Notes under the pieces: model-generated
Database searches by the model: none
Told to the model about the DNA's origin: nothing
What the model saw: only the letters and a program-made list of their open reading frames with translations
Shown here: in pieces, positions 9,132 through 19,581 of the stretch
Numbering within the stretch: position 1 is the first letter of the stretch
How the letters are laid out: each line of letters starts with the position of its first letter
Made by a program: the position numbers and the translations under genes
Virus record (IMG/VR): IMGVR_UViG_3300045988_147927
Span: 32,001 to 96,000 of that record
From: a virus
DNA: 64,000 bases
Reading direction: 5' to 3' (one strand)

Positions 9132-10224
9132 GTGAATAAGAGTTTTAAAGTTAGGATTTATCCAAATCAAGAACAGAAAGTCTTGATTGATAAGACATTT
9201 GGATGTGCAAGATTCATATACAATTTTATGTTGAATCTGAAACAAAAATTGTATGAGTATCATAATATTTCTTTAGGTTTTTATGACCTATCTAAGATTC
9301 TTACAGAAATTAAAAGACATAAATTGTGGCTTAAAGAAGTTGATAAGTGGGCATTACAAAATGCTTTAAAAGATTTAGATAGTGCTTATAAAAGATTTTA
9401 TAATGGTGGTGGATTTCCTAAGTTTAAATCTAAAAAGCGAGATAAAAACTCCTATCGTACAAATCATAGAATACAGTTAATTGTAGATAATAAGAAAGTT
9501 AAAATTTCCTAAAGTTGGTAGTATTAAGTTCAGAGATAAAAGTAGATTTGATGGAATTACTAAAATTTATAATATCACTATTTCTAGGACATCTAGTGGA
9601 AAATATTATGCTAGTATATCTGCTGAGGTTAATATTGAACATTTTGAGAAAACCAATCAGAGTGTGGGTATTGACTTGGGATTAAAAGATTTCTGTATCT
9701 TAAATGATGGAACTAAGTTTGAAAATCCTAAATTTTTAGTTAGAAATGAAAAGCGACTTAGATTACTTCAAAAATCGTTAAGTCGCAAGATTTGTGGTTC
9801 TAAAAACTATGAAAAAGCTAAGATAAAGTTAGCTAAATTTCATGAGTATATTGTTAATTTTCGTAAAGATTATTTACATAAAATATCGTTATATTTGGTT
9901 AGAAATTATGATATTTTATGTGCAGAAACATTGAGAGTTAAGAATATGGTAAAGAATCATAAGTTAGCTAAATCAATTAGTGATGTTAGTTGGTATGAAT
10001 TTTGTAGGCAGTTAGAGTATAAGTGTCTGTGGTATGGAAAGAGATTTGTACAGATTAGTACATATTTTGCATCATCACAAATATGTTCTAATTGTGGGTA
10101 TAAGAATTCTGATGTTAAAAATCTCAATGTAAGAGAATGGACTTGCTCTAAATGTGGCAGTCATAATGAAAGAGATATCAATGCATCGATTAATATTTTG
10201 CATGAAGGATTAAGAATTATATAA
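9132..10224 (+). pseudogene. tnpB: tnpB (RNA-guided nuclease, zinc-finger type), broken by one frameshift
   Basis: GTG start after AAAGGGGG. Motifs present: [17 protein letters not shown] (RuvC D), CAETL (E), CSNCG...CSKCG (zinc finger) and RDINASINI (D). The frame changes at A4 9501-9504. With A3 it would read ..[15 protein letters not shown].. Confidence 0.8.
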
Positions 10225-10366
10225 TTTCAGTATATAGAACCATAGGACATATGGGGATAGCCTACTGTCATAGTGTAAGACGTATAGTGAATCTGTTTCA
10301 TTATGTGTAATTATTGGGTAGGAACTTCGTCACTTTAATGAGTGGTGAGAGGATGTCAGAGAAAAG
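10225..10366 (+). ncRNA. Omega-RNA scaffold-like 3' tail of the IStron, carrying the 3' splice site
   Basis: Conserved with the orphan copy at 881-1009, with hairpin covariation. Ends in GAGAGGATGTCAG(AGAAAAG). Confidence 0.6.
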
Positions 10367-13300
10367 GTCAAGTAATAGAAGATATTTCTCTTATAGGGAA
10401 GGCTTTAAAATATACCTTAGCTTTTGAGGGGCCTGCTTTAACCCTAACATTAAATTGTGTGGCTGAGGCTGATGTTAAGACTACGCAAAAGTTGAATATG
10501 GAGTTTAGCGCTGAAAAGTTTGGGGGTAAGCCATCAGATATTGTTAGAGCATTATGTGAGAAAGCTCATATCAAGATTGGTCGGATTGTAGAAACAAAAC
10601 CAATCTTAGGTGATGATGGTAAACCTAAAGAGTTTAAGATGGGTTCTCGTACTATGAGGGAGTTTATTGCAGATGAGTTGTTAGAAAAAGCTACACCTAC
10701 TGATTCTGATAAACCTGGTTATAAATTCTTTTTGCAAGTTGTTGATGGGGAAGAGAAAGCATTTTTTGTTCCTAATGATATGTATGGTGATATGACTGTT
10801 ATCACATATAAGAAGATGGAAGAGACTACAACAACTACTACAACCACAACAACTTCTAATGATAAGCCTAGTGGGTTAAGTCCGTATCAAAAAGTTATGG
10901 GTGTATCTACGCCAATTCTAGGGCATACAAGAGATACTAATGTTAGTGTAGTAGGTGATGGTAAGGTTGTCTTTGTAGGTGATTTTAGAGTTAGAGATTT
11001 ACAAAATTCAGTACCTGATAATAAAGATTTAATGTATATCTATGATGATAAAGCTAATTATAGGTGGTTAAAGGATAACTTTGAATTAATAGAGTCTAAG
11101 TTACATATGGGGTATCGTGTATATTTTATGTTAGGGCATAATGATATAGACAATATTCTTAATTATGTTGAGTTTTATAATAAAGTAGCTAAAGAATTAG
11201 ATACAAAGGGTGTTCAAGTCTTTGTTGTATCTGTTTTACCTGTTTTCATGGGTAAAACAGATTTACATAATAGTAATATACAACGATTTAATAATGCTAT
11301 AAATCAGAATAGAGTTAGGGAATTGCATTATGTAAATATTTATGGTGATATTTTAAAGACTTTAAGAAGTAATAATACTAAACAAGATGGTATTTCTTAT
11401 AATAATAGATTAATGCAAGATGTATATAATAGAATAGTCTATTATCGTGAGGATTTAACTACATCTAAGAATATAGGTCTTAGTAGAAGTAATATTATAA
11501 ATGGGTTAGAATTTGTTACACATACATTACCGGATATGTTAAATACAAATTCATATCAAGGTAATGTTTCAGATGATGAGTATTATGGTAGTTTTATTGG
11601 TGTAGAGGAAGATACATCAAACCTAGTAGCATTAGCTTTAGCTGATGCCTCAAATGAGGATATAGCAAATTTACTATCTGAGATGACATTGTGGAAGATG
11701 TACTTAGAGGATGAGAATAATAAGGTATCTAAGGTAGGTATACTTGGTAGTGATAAGACTGAGAGTATCGATAAGTCTAAGTTACAGTTTGATAAAAATA
11801 AATTAGTTAATGCTTTCATAGATGTACTAGATAAGAAGGGATATACTAAGGAAGTTAAAGAGTATGTATCACTTGTAAATACATTTACTGATACTATTAA
11901 AGATAAGAAATTAGATACAACTGATAAATATGTAAATGCTTTGACTATGTTATCTAGCAAACTTGGTAAAGATAGTTCTATTTCAAAAACTATTACTAAT
12001 GTTGTTAAGGTTATTACTGAGAATAAAGATAAGGTTCTTAATGTTAAGGACAAAAAGATTTCTTATGATGATTTAGCTACAGATATAGTTTCTAAATTAC
12101 TACCTAATCAGAGTGCTAATATAAGTAAAATCACTGATAAGGTTTCATCTATTATGAAGTTAGATAGAGATAAGATAAAAAAAGGTGATTATTCTGAATT
12201 ACAAGGAATGTTAGCTAAAGAGCTAGGGATTAATGATAAAGATATTAATAAATATGTAGAGATAGGTAAGACTATATCTGAGATATATAAGAATAGGGAA
12301 TACTTTGACATAAAAGATTTAAGTCTAGTTTCTACTGATTTATTAAAGAGTGTTGTAGGGGAAGAAAAAGTAAAAAAAGTTGAGAAGTATATAGATACTG
12401 CTCAGAATTTATACAAGGCTTTTAGTGGTGCTAAAGATATAAAGGATATCAATAGTGCTGTAACTTCTTTGTCTGATGTGTTAGGTAAGAATACAAAAAT
12501 TAATAGGTATATAGATACTGCTAGGTCTTTTATGGATATCATTAATAAAGGTAGTGTTGGTACAGGCATCATTAATACTAATAATGGAATTAGTAAAATC
12601 ATAAATGATAGGTTGCCTAATATAGCACAGGCAGGTACTTTAGGTGGAGTTGTGGCATCTACTGTAGGTATATCACCAACTTCTACTAAAGAGGTGTTAA
12701 AGGCTTATGTTCCTAAAGGTGTTGATAGTGGTGTTACTAAGGTAAATGGTAGTCCTACTGATGGTACTAAGACAGGTCAATCATCTAATGTTACAAAAGA
12801 TGGGATATCAGATGAGGAAATGAAGAAAGGTGTTAGGTCTGTTACTTTTGGTGGTAAAAAGACTAAAATGGAGATTTGTGGTGAGTATGAGATTTACACA
12901 GGAAGACCTGATGGTAGGGTAATTAGTTTCTCACCAGAGTTTGAGAGTGATAATATAGCTACAAATAAAGTACCTACAAGTGCATTGACAATAGATGGTG
13001 TTAGGAATGAGATGCTAGAGTGTACTATTGAGGGTGTTGGTGGTGCTTTAGCTAGTGATGCTTATATGGAGAGGTCTAATCAAGAGGGGAGTAGTAATGT
13101 TGGTGTTGTGTTAGGTATGAGTGGTTCTTCTTTCAAGAATTTAGAATCATCAGCCGCAAGTATGTGGAGTCGATATTTTAGTTCTGTATATGGTGCTAGT
13201 TTAGAGATATTAGGCGATACTAGAGTTAAGTTTCAAGGACATATCAAGATAGCAGTTTATACTAAGTACGGTTTTTTACACCATACCAGTGGTATTTACA

Positions 13301-13854
13301 ATATACAAGGTATAACAGATTCTATTAATGGTGGTATGTTTACTACTACACTTGATTTACAGAAAAATAGTGATGAAGTTAAGAAAAAGAAAAAAGGAAA
13401 GGAAAAGAATAAAGTGGATGAAACAAAAGGACATGATGTAGGTGATGGTAAATACTGGGTTAAACAAAGTGGCAAGGTATCTTTAGAGGGTGCTATAAGT
13501 GGGATACCTAGTGCTTTAGATATGTTAGGTAAGTGGTTCTATGATAGGTCAGGGCATAAGTTGGTTGTTACCTCTGTTACTGATGGAGACCATGCATATG
13601 GTGAACACTGTCATGCTAATGGTTGGAAGATGGATGTCAATGATTGGTATGGGCCAGAGGGGTTACAAGGTGGATTAATTATTAATAGTGATGATACACC
13701 TGGCTCGATTTGTCTTGACTTTATTGAATATGGTAGGTCTATAGGTCTAGGTATGAATTTTGAGGGAGACCATATAGATATTCAAATGGATGGCACTGAG
13801 TGGAATGAAAATAATCCTGGTGGTGCTAAAGATAATGGTGGTTTTAGAGGATAG
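10367..13854 (+). CDS. Baseplate hub protein, exon 2: poly-Thr linker, degenerate SGNH-like domain and C-terminal M15-type peptidase-like domain
   Basis: The frame is open from 10342. Ten Thr codons lie at 10825-10854. SGNH-like blocks are VFVGDF, LGHND and DGISYN. The M15-like motif is VVTSVTDGDHAYGEHCHANGWKMDV...GDHIDIQ. Confidence 0.6.
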
Positions 13855-13861
13855 AAGTTAA

Positions 13862-14680
13862 ATGTCTATACGCAATGATGATTTTAGTGGTAGTCTAAGG
13901 ACACCTACTGAACTTAGTGGTATATATCGTGCTAGGGTTGAGAATAATGTAGACCCTTTACATATAGGTAGGGTTCAAATACGTGTGCCAATGGTTCATA
14001 AAACAGTTTCTAGTGGTGGTACCTCTAATGATATGTTGCCTTGGGCCAGCTACTGTTCGTCTATAGGTGCTGGGTACAATTATGGTTCTTTTATTGTTCC
14101 TGAGATAGGTGAGTATGTGTGGGTTATGTTTGAAGATAATGACCCAGAGAAGCCTGTATACCTAGGTTCTGTTTTTGGTACTGACTCTACTCTTGAAAAG
14201 AGGTATGGTAGTGATGATACTACTGGTGTTTGGAGTGGTGTAGTTGGTGCTAATGAGGTTCCCATTGAATCACAAAGAGAGAGTCCATCTCATAAGATGA
14301 TTTATAAATCCAGACACGGTACTATGATGTACTTCGATACCGATGATAAGACAAATTCCTTTGGTGTTGAGGATGCCAATAATCAGAAGTTCAAGATATC
14401 ATCTGTAGAGGGGAAAACATTCACATTAATGGAAGGTGAGAATAATGTGGTTGTTAAGATACATGATGGTAGGGTTGACATCGGTTATGAGGGTGGTAGA
14501 GGTATTCAAGTTATACCAAGTGATGGAAATATAGTATTAAAGGCTAGTGGTGCTACTATAACATTATCAGATTCCATTACTATGAAAGCAGATAGTGTTA
14601 GTGTTAAATCAAGTTCATTTAGTGTTAAGTCTGATGATATTAAGATGACAGCTGGGAATGTTAAGATTATAGAGACATAG
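13862..14680 (+). CDS. Baseplate spike protein (gpV / gp5 OB-fold family)
   Basis: IYRARVENNVDPLHIGRVQIRVP...FIVPEIGEYVWVMFEDNDPEKPVYLG is the typical Phage_base_V motif. Confidence 0.8.
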   Translation: MSIRNDDFSGSLRTPTELSGIYRARVENNVDPLHIGRVQIRVPMVHKTVSSGGTSNDMLPWASYCSSIGAGYNYGSFIVPEIGEYVWVMFEDNDPEKPVYLGSVFGTDSTLEKRYGSDDTTGVWSGVVGANEVPIESQRESPSHKMIYKSRHGTMMYFDTDDKTNSFGVEDANNQKFKISSVEGKTFTLMEGENNVVVKIHDGRVDIGYEGGRGIQVIPSDGNIVLKASGATITLSDSITMKADSVSVKSSSFSVKSDDIKMTAGNVKIIET

Positions 14681-14687
14681 AGTTAAA

Positions 14688-14714
14688 TAGAGGTACGATT
14701 CGTACCTCTATTTT
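14688..14714 (+). terminator. Rho-independent terminator
   Basis: TAGAGGTACG-ATT-CGTACCTCTA followed by TTTT. Confidence 0.75.
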
Positions 14715-14845
14715 AGTGTAAAAAATTCATGTTAATTTTAGTATGGTATTCGATTATAAATATATGTGAGTGTTTAGAGTTGATTACTTTGTGTTTGGTT
14801 GATAAGTGTATTCTGTAGAAGTAGTTTTTATGATGTTTAGTGTAT

Positions 14846-16235
14846 CTTCTTACTGAAAGGTTGTTTTTATAGTATGTATATATCATAATCATCTTGTAAA
14901 AATAGAAAGTGGGGTGATAATAATGTACTTAACAATGAAGCAACAAGTAAAGCATTTAACTAAAGAAGAATATAATATTTTAAGAGAGTTGTGCAGAATA
15001 TCAAAGAATTTAACTAATCAAGCAATTTATAATATTAGACAATATTATTTTCAAGAAAAACAATATTTAAGGTATGAGTCTAACTATCATGAGTTAAAAA
15101 ATTCTGAGAATTATAAGTTGTTAAATTCTAATATGGCTCAACAGACCATTAAAGGTGTTGACTCAATGTTTAAGTCATTTTTTGCTTTAATTAGATTAGC
15201 AAAACAAGGTAAATATAGTTTTAAGCATATAAGATTGCCTAATTATTTACCTAAAGATGGGTATTCATGTTTAATTATTGCTCAGTTTAGTATTAAAGAT
15301 GGTAATGTTTTAATGATTCCATATTCTAATGCTTTTAATAAAAAATACAAAACAAGAGTTAGTGTTAGAGTTCCTAAAGTATTAGAAGATAAAAAGATAA
15401 AAGAAATTAGAATTATACCTAAATTTAATGCTAGGTTCTTCGAGATTCAATATACTTATGAAATTCAAGGAGAAAATATACAATTAAATACTAACAATGC
15501 ACTGGCTATTGATTTAGGGGTTAATAATTTGTGTACTTGCGTAACAAACATAGGCAAATCTTTTATTATTGATGGAAGAAAGTTAAAGTCTATCAATCAA
15601 TTCTTTAATAAGAGAAATGCGAGATTACAGTCCATTAAAGATAAGCAAAATATCAAGAAACAAACAAAGCAACAATATTTAATCTCTCAAAAGAGAAAGA
15701 ATAGAGTTGAGGATTATATCAATAAAGCATGTAGGTATATTATTAATTATTGTTTGTCTAATGATATTGGTATTTTAGTTATTGGTTATAATCAGTCATT
15801 TCAAAGTAAAGCTAATTTAGGGAATATAAACAATCAAACTTTTACTCAATTACCTTTTGGTAGGGTTAGAGATAAGTTAGATTGTTTATGCAAACGATAT
15901 AATATGAATTATATTCTACAAGAAGAATCTTATACGTCTAAAGCTAGTTTCTTTGATAATGATATTCTACCTATTTATAATGCGGATAATCCACAAACCT
16001 ATGAGTTTAGTGGTAAACGTATCAAAAGAGGTTTATACCAAACTAAAAATAATTATCGTTTTAATGCAGATTGTAATGGAGCATTAAATATTCTTCGTAA
16101 AAGTAAAGCTGTAGACTTAACAGTCTTATGCAGTAGGGGCGAACTGGACACGCCTAAAAGAATAAGGGTTTATTAGGATATCAAACTTCTTAATAAAATG
16201 ACTTTATGTTGTTTTTAGAATCATAGGATGTTCAG
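14846..16235 (+). mobile_element. Solo-tnpB IS200/IS605-family element, copy A (left boundary approximate)
   Basis: Similarity to copy B starts near TTACTGAAA (14850) and stops at GATGTTCAG (16235). The flanks are unrelated. There is no tnpA. Confidence 0.65.
14923..16176 (+). CDS. tnpB: TnpB-family RNA-guided nuclease lacking the CxxC zinc finger
   Basis: RuvC motifs are present: IDLGVNN, QEESYTSK and NADCNGALNIL. There are no Cys pairs between the E and the last D. RBS GTGGGG precedes ATG 14923. Confidence 0.8.
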   Translation: MYLTMKQQVKHLTKEEYNILRELCRISKNLTNQAIYNIRQYYFQEKQYLRYESNYHELKNSENYKLLNSNMAQQTIKGVDSMFKSFFALIRLAKQGKYSFKHIRLPNYLPKDGYSCLIIAQFSIKDGNVLMIPYSNAFNKKYKTRVSVRVPKVLEDKKIKEIRIIPKFNARFFEIQYTYEIQGENIQLNTNNALAIDLGVNNLCTCVTNIGKSFIIDGRKLKSINQFFNKRNARLQSIKDKQNIKKQTKQQYLISQKRKNRVEDYINKACRYIINYCLSNDIGILVIGYNQSFQSKANLGNINNQTFTQLPFGRVRDKLDCLCKRYNMNYILQEESYTSKASFFDNDILPIYNADNPQTYEFSGKRIKRGLYQTKNNYRFNADCNGALNILRKSKAVDLTVLCSRGELDTPKRIRVY

Positions 16236-16263
16236 AAATATATGTTAGAAGGGGTGATGATTT

Positions 16264-16743
16264 TTGGCTTTTTATTACAATAATGAATTTAAGGATACAA
16301 TAGCTGGTAGAGGATTATCACTTAATAATACTTTTACAGTAAATTATAGAGATGGTAAAGGGGTAACAAATGTAATTAGTGGTGAGGAGAAGATAAACGA
16401 GAGTATATTCTCAATTCTATCGACTAGGGTAGGTGAAAGGTTTTTCGTGCCAGAGTTTGGTAGTCGATTACATTTAGTACTTTTTGAGCAAAATAAATAT
16501 ATTGCTCAGGATTTGATATCTATTTATATACGAGAAGCATTGTCTAACTGGGAAAAGAGGATTGTTGTTGAGGATGTGGCTTTAGGAGATGGGTGGGAGG
16601 ATTCTAATGTTGTTCCAATTCATATTACCTATAGTCTTGCTAACAGTAATGTCATGGGTTCATATGTATACCCTTTTAATAGGAGTATAGATGGTGTTGA
16701 TATGTATGATTTAGGGAGTTCTAACAATATAACAGCTTATTAG
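16264..16743 (+). CDS. Baseplate wedge protein (gp25 / gpW family)
   Basis: IFSILSTRVGERFFVPEFGSRLHLVLFEQN matches the GPW_gp25 signature. TTG start 8 nt after AGGGG. Confidence 0.85.
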   Translation: MAFYYNNEFKDTIAGRGLSLNNTFTVNYRDGKGVTNVISGEEKINESIFSILSTRVGERFFVPEFGSRLHLVLFEQNKYIAQDLISIYIREALSNWEKRIVVEDVALGDGWEDSNVVPIHITYSLANSNVMGSYVYPFNRSIDGVDMYDLGSSNNITAY

Positions 16744-16760
16744 AAAGGGGGTTTTACTTT

Positions 16761-18206
16761 TTGGCTAGTAGCAATAATTCAATGTCTTATACTGGAAGAG
16801 ATATTGTCAGTATAAGGAAAGAATTGATAAATACAATACCTACGTTGACAGATAAGTGGACTGATTTTAATGAGTCTGATTTAGGTATGGTGTTGGTTGA
16901 GTTAATGGCTGGTGTACAAGATATGCAAAACTTCTATCTTGATACACAGGCTTTTGAAACATATAGTGATACTGCGGTTCAAGATAAGAATGTTAGAGCA
17001 TTACTACGTTCTATGAATTATAGGATACCGTTGGCTAAATCAGCTGAGTGTATAGTAAGGATTACATTTGTTAATAATGACATACGAGATATAACCATTC
17101 CTAAATATACGTCGTTTACGAGTAGTGTTAATACAAGTGTTATTAATTATGTTGCTAAAGATACAGTAACAAAGAGTGGTAATTTTGATTATATTGATAT
17201 ACCAGTTATGGAGGGTATTGCTAGGTCTATAACATGGAGTAAGGATGATTTTATATCTAATGTCAATGTAGATGGTGATATATCTAGAAGAATTTATTTA
17301 GGGTATAAGAATGTTTCTGATGGTTCTGTTGAAATTGTTCAGAGTGGTAATGTTTGGGAAGAGTGTGATGATGCTCTATTAAAATATGAAGGTGGTCGGT
17401 GGTTTTCTGTTCATGCAGATGCTGAAGGTCAGGTATATGTTTTAATGTCTGTCAATTTTTTACAACTGATTGAAGATGGCGAGACTATTACATTTAATTT
17501 TGTAACAACAAGTGGTATGCAGGGTGTTGTTGATATGGATGTAATAAATACCATAAATATGAGTATTCAAGGTGTTCAGAGGATATATAATACAACTAAG
17601 TCATATGATTCAGCTGATGTTCCTAGTAGTTCTGATTTACAAGATATGAAAGTACTTGCTAGAAGAAATGCTGTTACAATGGGTAGACTTATTACTTTAG
17701 AAGATTTTGAGACAGCTTTATATAAGAATCCTTATATTTATAGTGCAGTTGTTAAGGATTGGAAATATAGTGATTATGTAGATGAGCCTTATATTGTTAA
17801 AATATGGGCTGTAAATAATCTTGGTGAGTCTTTAGGCGAGTTGACTAGAGAAAAGTTAAAAAAGGATTTAATGTCTAAGGCTATTGCTGATGTGACTGTT
17901 CAAGTGTTGGAAGTAGAGAATGTTAATTTTGATATAGATGTTGATGTTGTGTTATCTCTTGACAATGCAACAGCTAGAGAGAGATTAAGGACAGAGATTA
18001 AAAACTATTTATCCACTAAATATCGAACTGAGGTAATGGGGTTTGGTGAGACAATATCATATTCATTACTAACTTCTAGGGTTCAAGCATATTCACCTTA
18101 TGTAAAAGATGTCAGGGTTAAGACACCTAATAAAGATATAAAAGTTGGTAATATACAATTCCCTAAACTTGGAAATGTTGTTGTTAATTTAGTAGATGAA
18201 TTATAG
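16761..18206 (+). CDS. Baseplate J-like protein (gp6/gpJ family)
   Basis: The N-terminal pattern YTGRDIVSIRKELINTIPTLTDKWTDFNESDLGMVLVELMAGVQD fits the family. Size and position fit. TTG start after AAGGGGG. Confidence 0.8.
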   Translation: MASSNNSMSYTGRDIVSIRKELINTIPTLTDKWTDFNESDLGMVLVELMAGVQDMQNFYLDTQAFETYSDTAVQDKNVRALLRSMNYRIPLAKSAECIVRITFVNNDIRDITIPKYTSFTSSVNTSVINYVAKDTVTKSGNFDYIDIPVMEGIARSITWSKDDFISNVNVDGDISRRIYLGYKNVSDGSVEIVQSGNVWEECDDALLKYEGGRWFSVHADAEGQVYVLMSVNFLQLIEDGETITFNFVTTSGMQGVVDMDVINTINMSIQGVQRIYNTTKSYDSADVPSSSDLQDMKVLARRNAVTMGRLITLEDFETALYKNPYIYSAVVKDWKYSDYVDEPYIVKIWAVNNLGESLGELTREKLKKDLMSKAIADVTVQVLEVENVNFDIDVDVVLSLDNATARERLRTEIKNYLSTKYRTEVMGFGETISYSLLTSRVQAYSPYVKDVRVKTPNKDIKVGNIQFPKLGNVVVNLVDEL

Positions 18207-18214
18207 GTGTTGTA

Positions 18215-19522
18215 ATGAAATTAGTTGATAAATTAAGAAATAATAAGTATATGACACTTATTCCGGATAAATACAAAGAGAATGAAAATTTTCTAGTATT
18301 TTTCCATCTACTAATAACTCAATTCAATATTAATGAAGAGAACATAAGGAATTTTACTAATTTAATTAATAATGATAAAGTACCTATGAAGTTTTTACAG
18401 AATCTAGGTGCATTTGTCAATTACTCCTATCAGCATTTAGCTAAGAATGATTTTAATCGTGAGTTGTCAATGCGTATGCATAATATATGGGAACAGAGGG
18501 GTAGTAAGAAGTCTATAGTTGATGCCGCCACGTATGGTGATAACATAGGGTGGGTAGGTGGGGATTTATGGATACCTGGTTATTATAAGCCATCAGCAAT
18601 AGCTGGGTTTGAGTTGCCAAGAGATAGGATTTTTAGACATAGTGTTTCTAAATTTTCTAGTACTCATGTCTTTGAAGATGGTAAGACATATATGCCTGGT
18701 GTTATATTACTCTCTGTACCTAATTTGACTAGGTTAGTAAAAAAACGTATATACGAGGTTACTCCTGCTGGTAGAAAGTATATATTTCAGATTGAATCTT
18801 CGTTCTTCCCTAATGATGGGATAGATAAATTAGATATAGGTTCTTATAATGAGTTGTCTTTTTATAAGAGAATGAGGGTATATCCTAAAGACATTAATGA
18901 AGAGAATCCACCATATGACAGGGATACAGATATAGATTTCACATATGAGATTGATATGATGGCTAATATGGATGAGTTTTTTAACATACTTATTCATAGT
19001 GAAAATAGAGGTAAGAAGTATCATAGTGGACATTTAACAAATATAACTAACTATGGGTATGAGATGAATATGTCAGCATCTATGTTACCAGTAAGTTTTT
19101 TATCTCATAAATTCCCTGTAAATGGTAATGATTCTCTACCTGACAATGCATATAAAAAATCTAAGACTGGTGAATATTTAGATACTTATAACAATAAAGG
19201 GATAGATTCTATTATGAGGGATATATCTCTTATCAATGATAATAATGTAGATTTAGATGTTCATAGAGAAGTTAGGTTGACTGCTATACGGAGTGAGAGT
19301 TCTTCTAGTAGGTCAGGGAATGGTAAGATGAGTGGTATAACATCTAGTATTGTTGATGCTTTTGTAGAATCTGAGCCTATATTACCTAGCGATTGTTTGT
19401 ATTCTGTTGATGATGTTGCTGATTTGAATGAAAATTGTTTTAGAGATGAATTTTATTCAAGTGGTGTACAGATAAATGGTGATAGAGAGTATCCGTGGAG
19501 ATTGTCTTTAACTCATATATAG
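18215..19522 (+). CDS. Baseplate wedge / tail protein (P2 gpI-like, tentative)
   Basis: Lies directly after the J-like gene. Contains the motif MHNIWEQRGSKKSI. Confidence 0.45.
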   Translation: MKLVDKLRNNKYMTLIPDKYKENENFLVFFHLLITQFNINEENIRNFTNLINNDKVPMKFLQNLGAFVNYSYQHLAKNDFNRELSMRMHNIWEQRGSKKSIVDAATYGDNIGWVGGDLWIPGYYKPSAIAGFELPRDRIFRHSVSKFSSTHVFEDGKTYMPGVILLSVPNLTRLVKKRIYEVTPAGRKYIFQIESSFFPNDGIDKLDIGSYNELSFYKRMRVYPKDINEENPPYDRDTDIDFTYEIDMMANMDEFFNILIHSENRGKKYHSGHLTNITNYGYEMNMSASMLPVSFLSHKFPVNGNDSLPDNAYKKSKTGEYLDTYNNKGIDSIMRDISLINDNNVDLDVHREVRLTAIRSESSSSRSGNGKMSGITSSIVDAFVESEPILPSDCLYSVDDVADLNENCFRDEFYSSGVQINGDREYPWRLSLTHI

Positions 19523-19581
19523 TTAGTAATATATAATATTGTAATATTTAATAGAGTGATAGTTGTGGAGGTATAAATACT

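Larger units (their letters stand above)
8534..10366 (+). mobile_element. IStron: group I intron core, IS200/IS605-type tnpB and an omega-RNA-like tail (boundaries within about 8 nt)
   Basis: Group I core blocks P, Q, R and S lie at 8657-8949. tnpB lies at 9132-10224. The conserved tail ends in GGATGTCAG. The element interrupts one reading frame (8050.. and ..13854). Confidence 0.75.

Noticed and set aside
8533-10360. Splice combination of a 5' site after U8533 with a 3' site after G10359
   Set aside because: It would create T+AG, a stop codon at the junction. Only 8533|10367 and 8541|10360 keep the frame while ending the intron in G. No internal-guide pairing was found for 8541, so it is kept as the secondary option.
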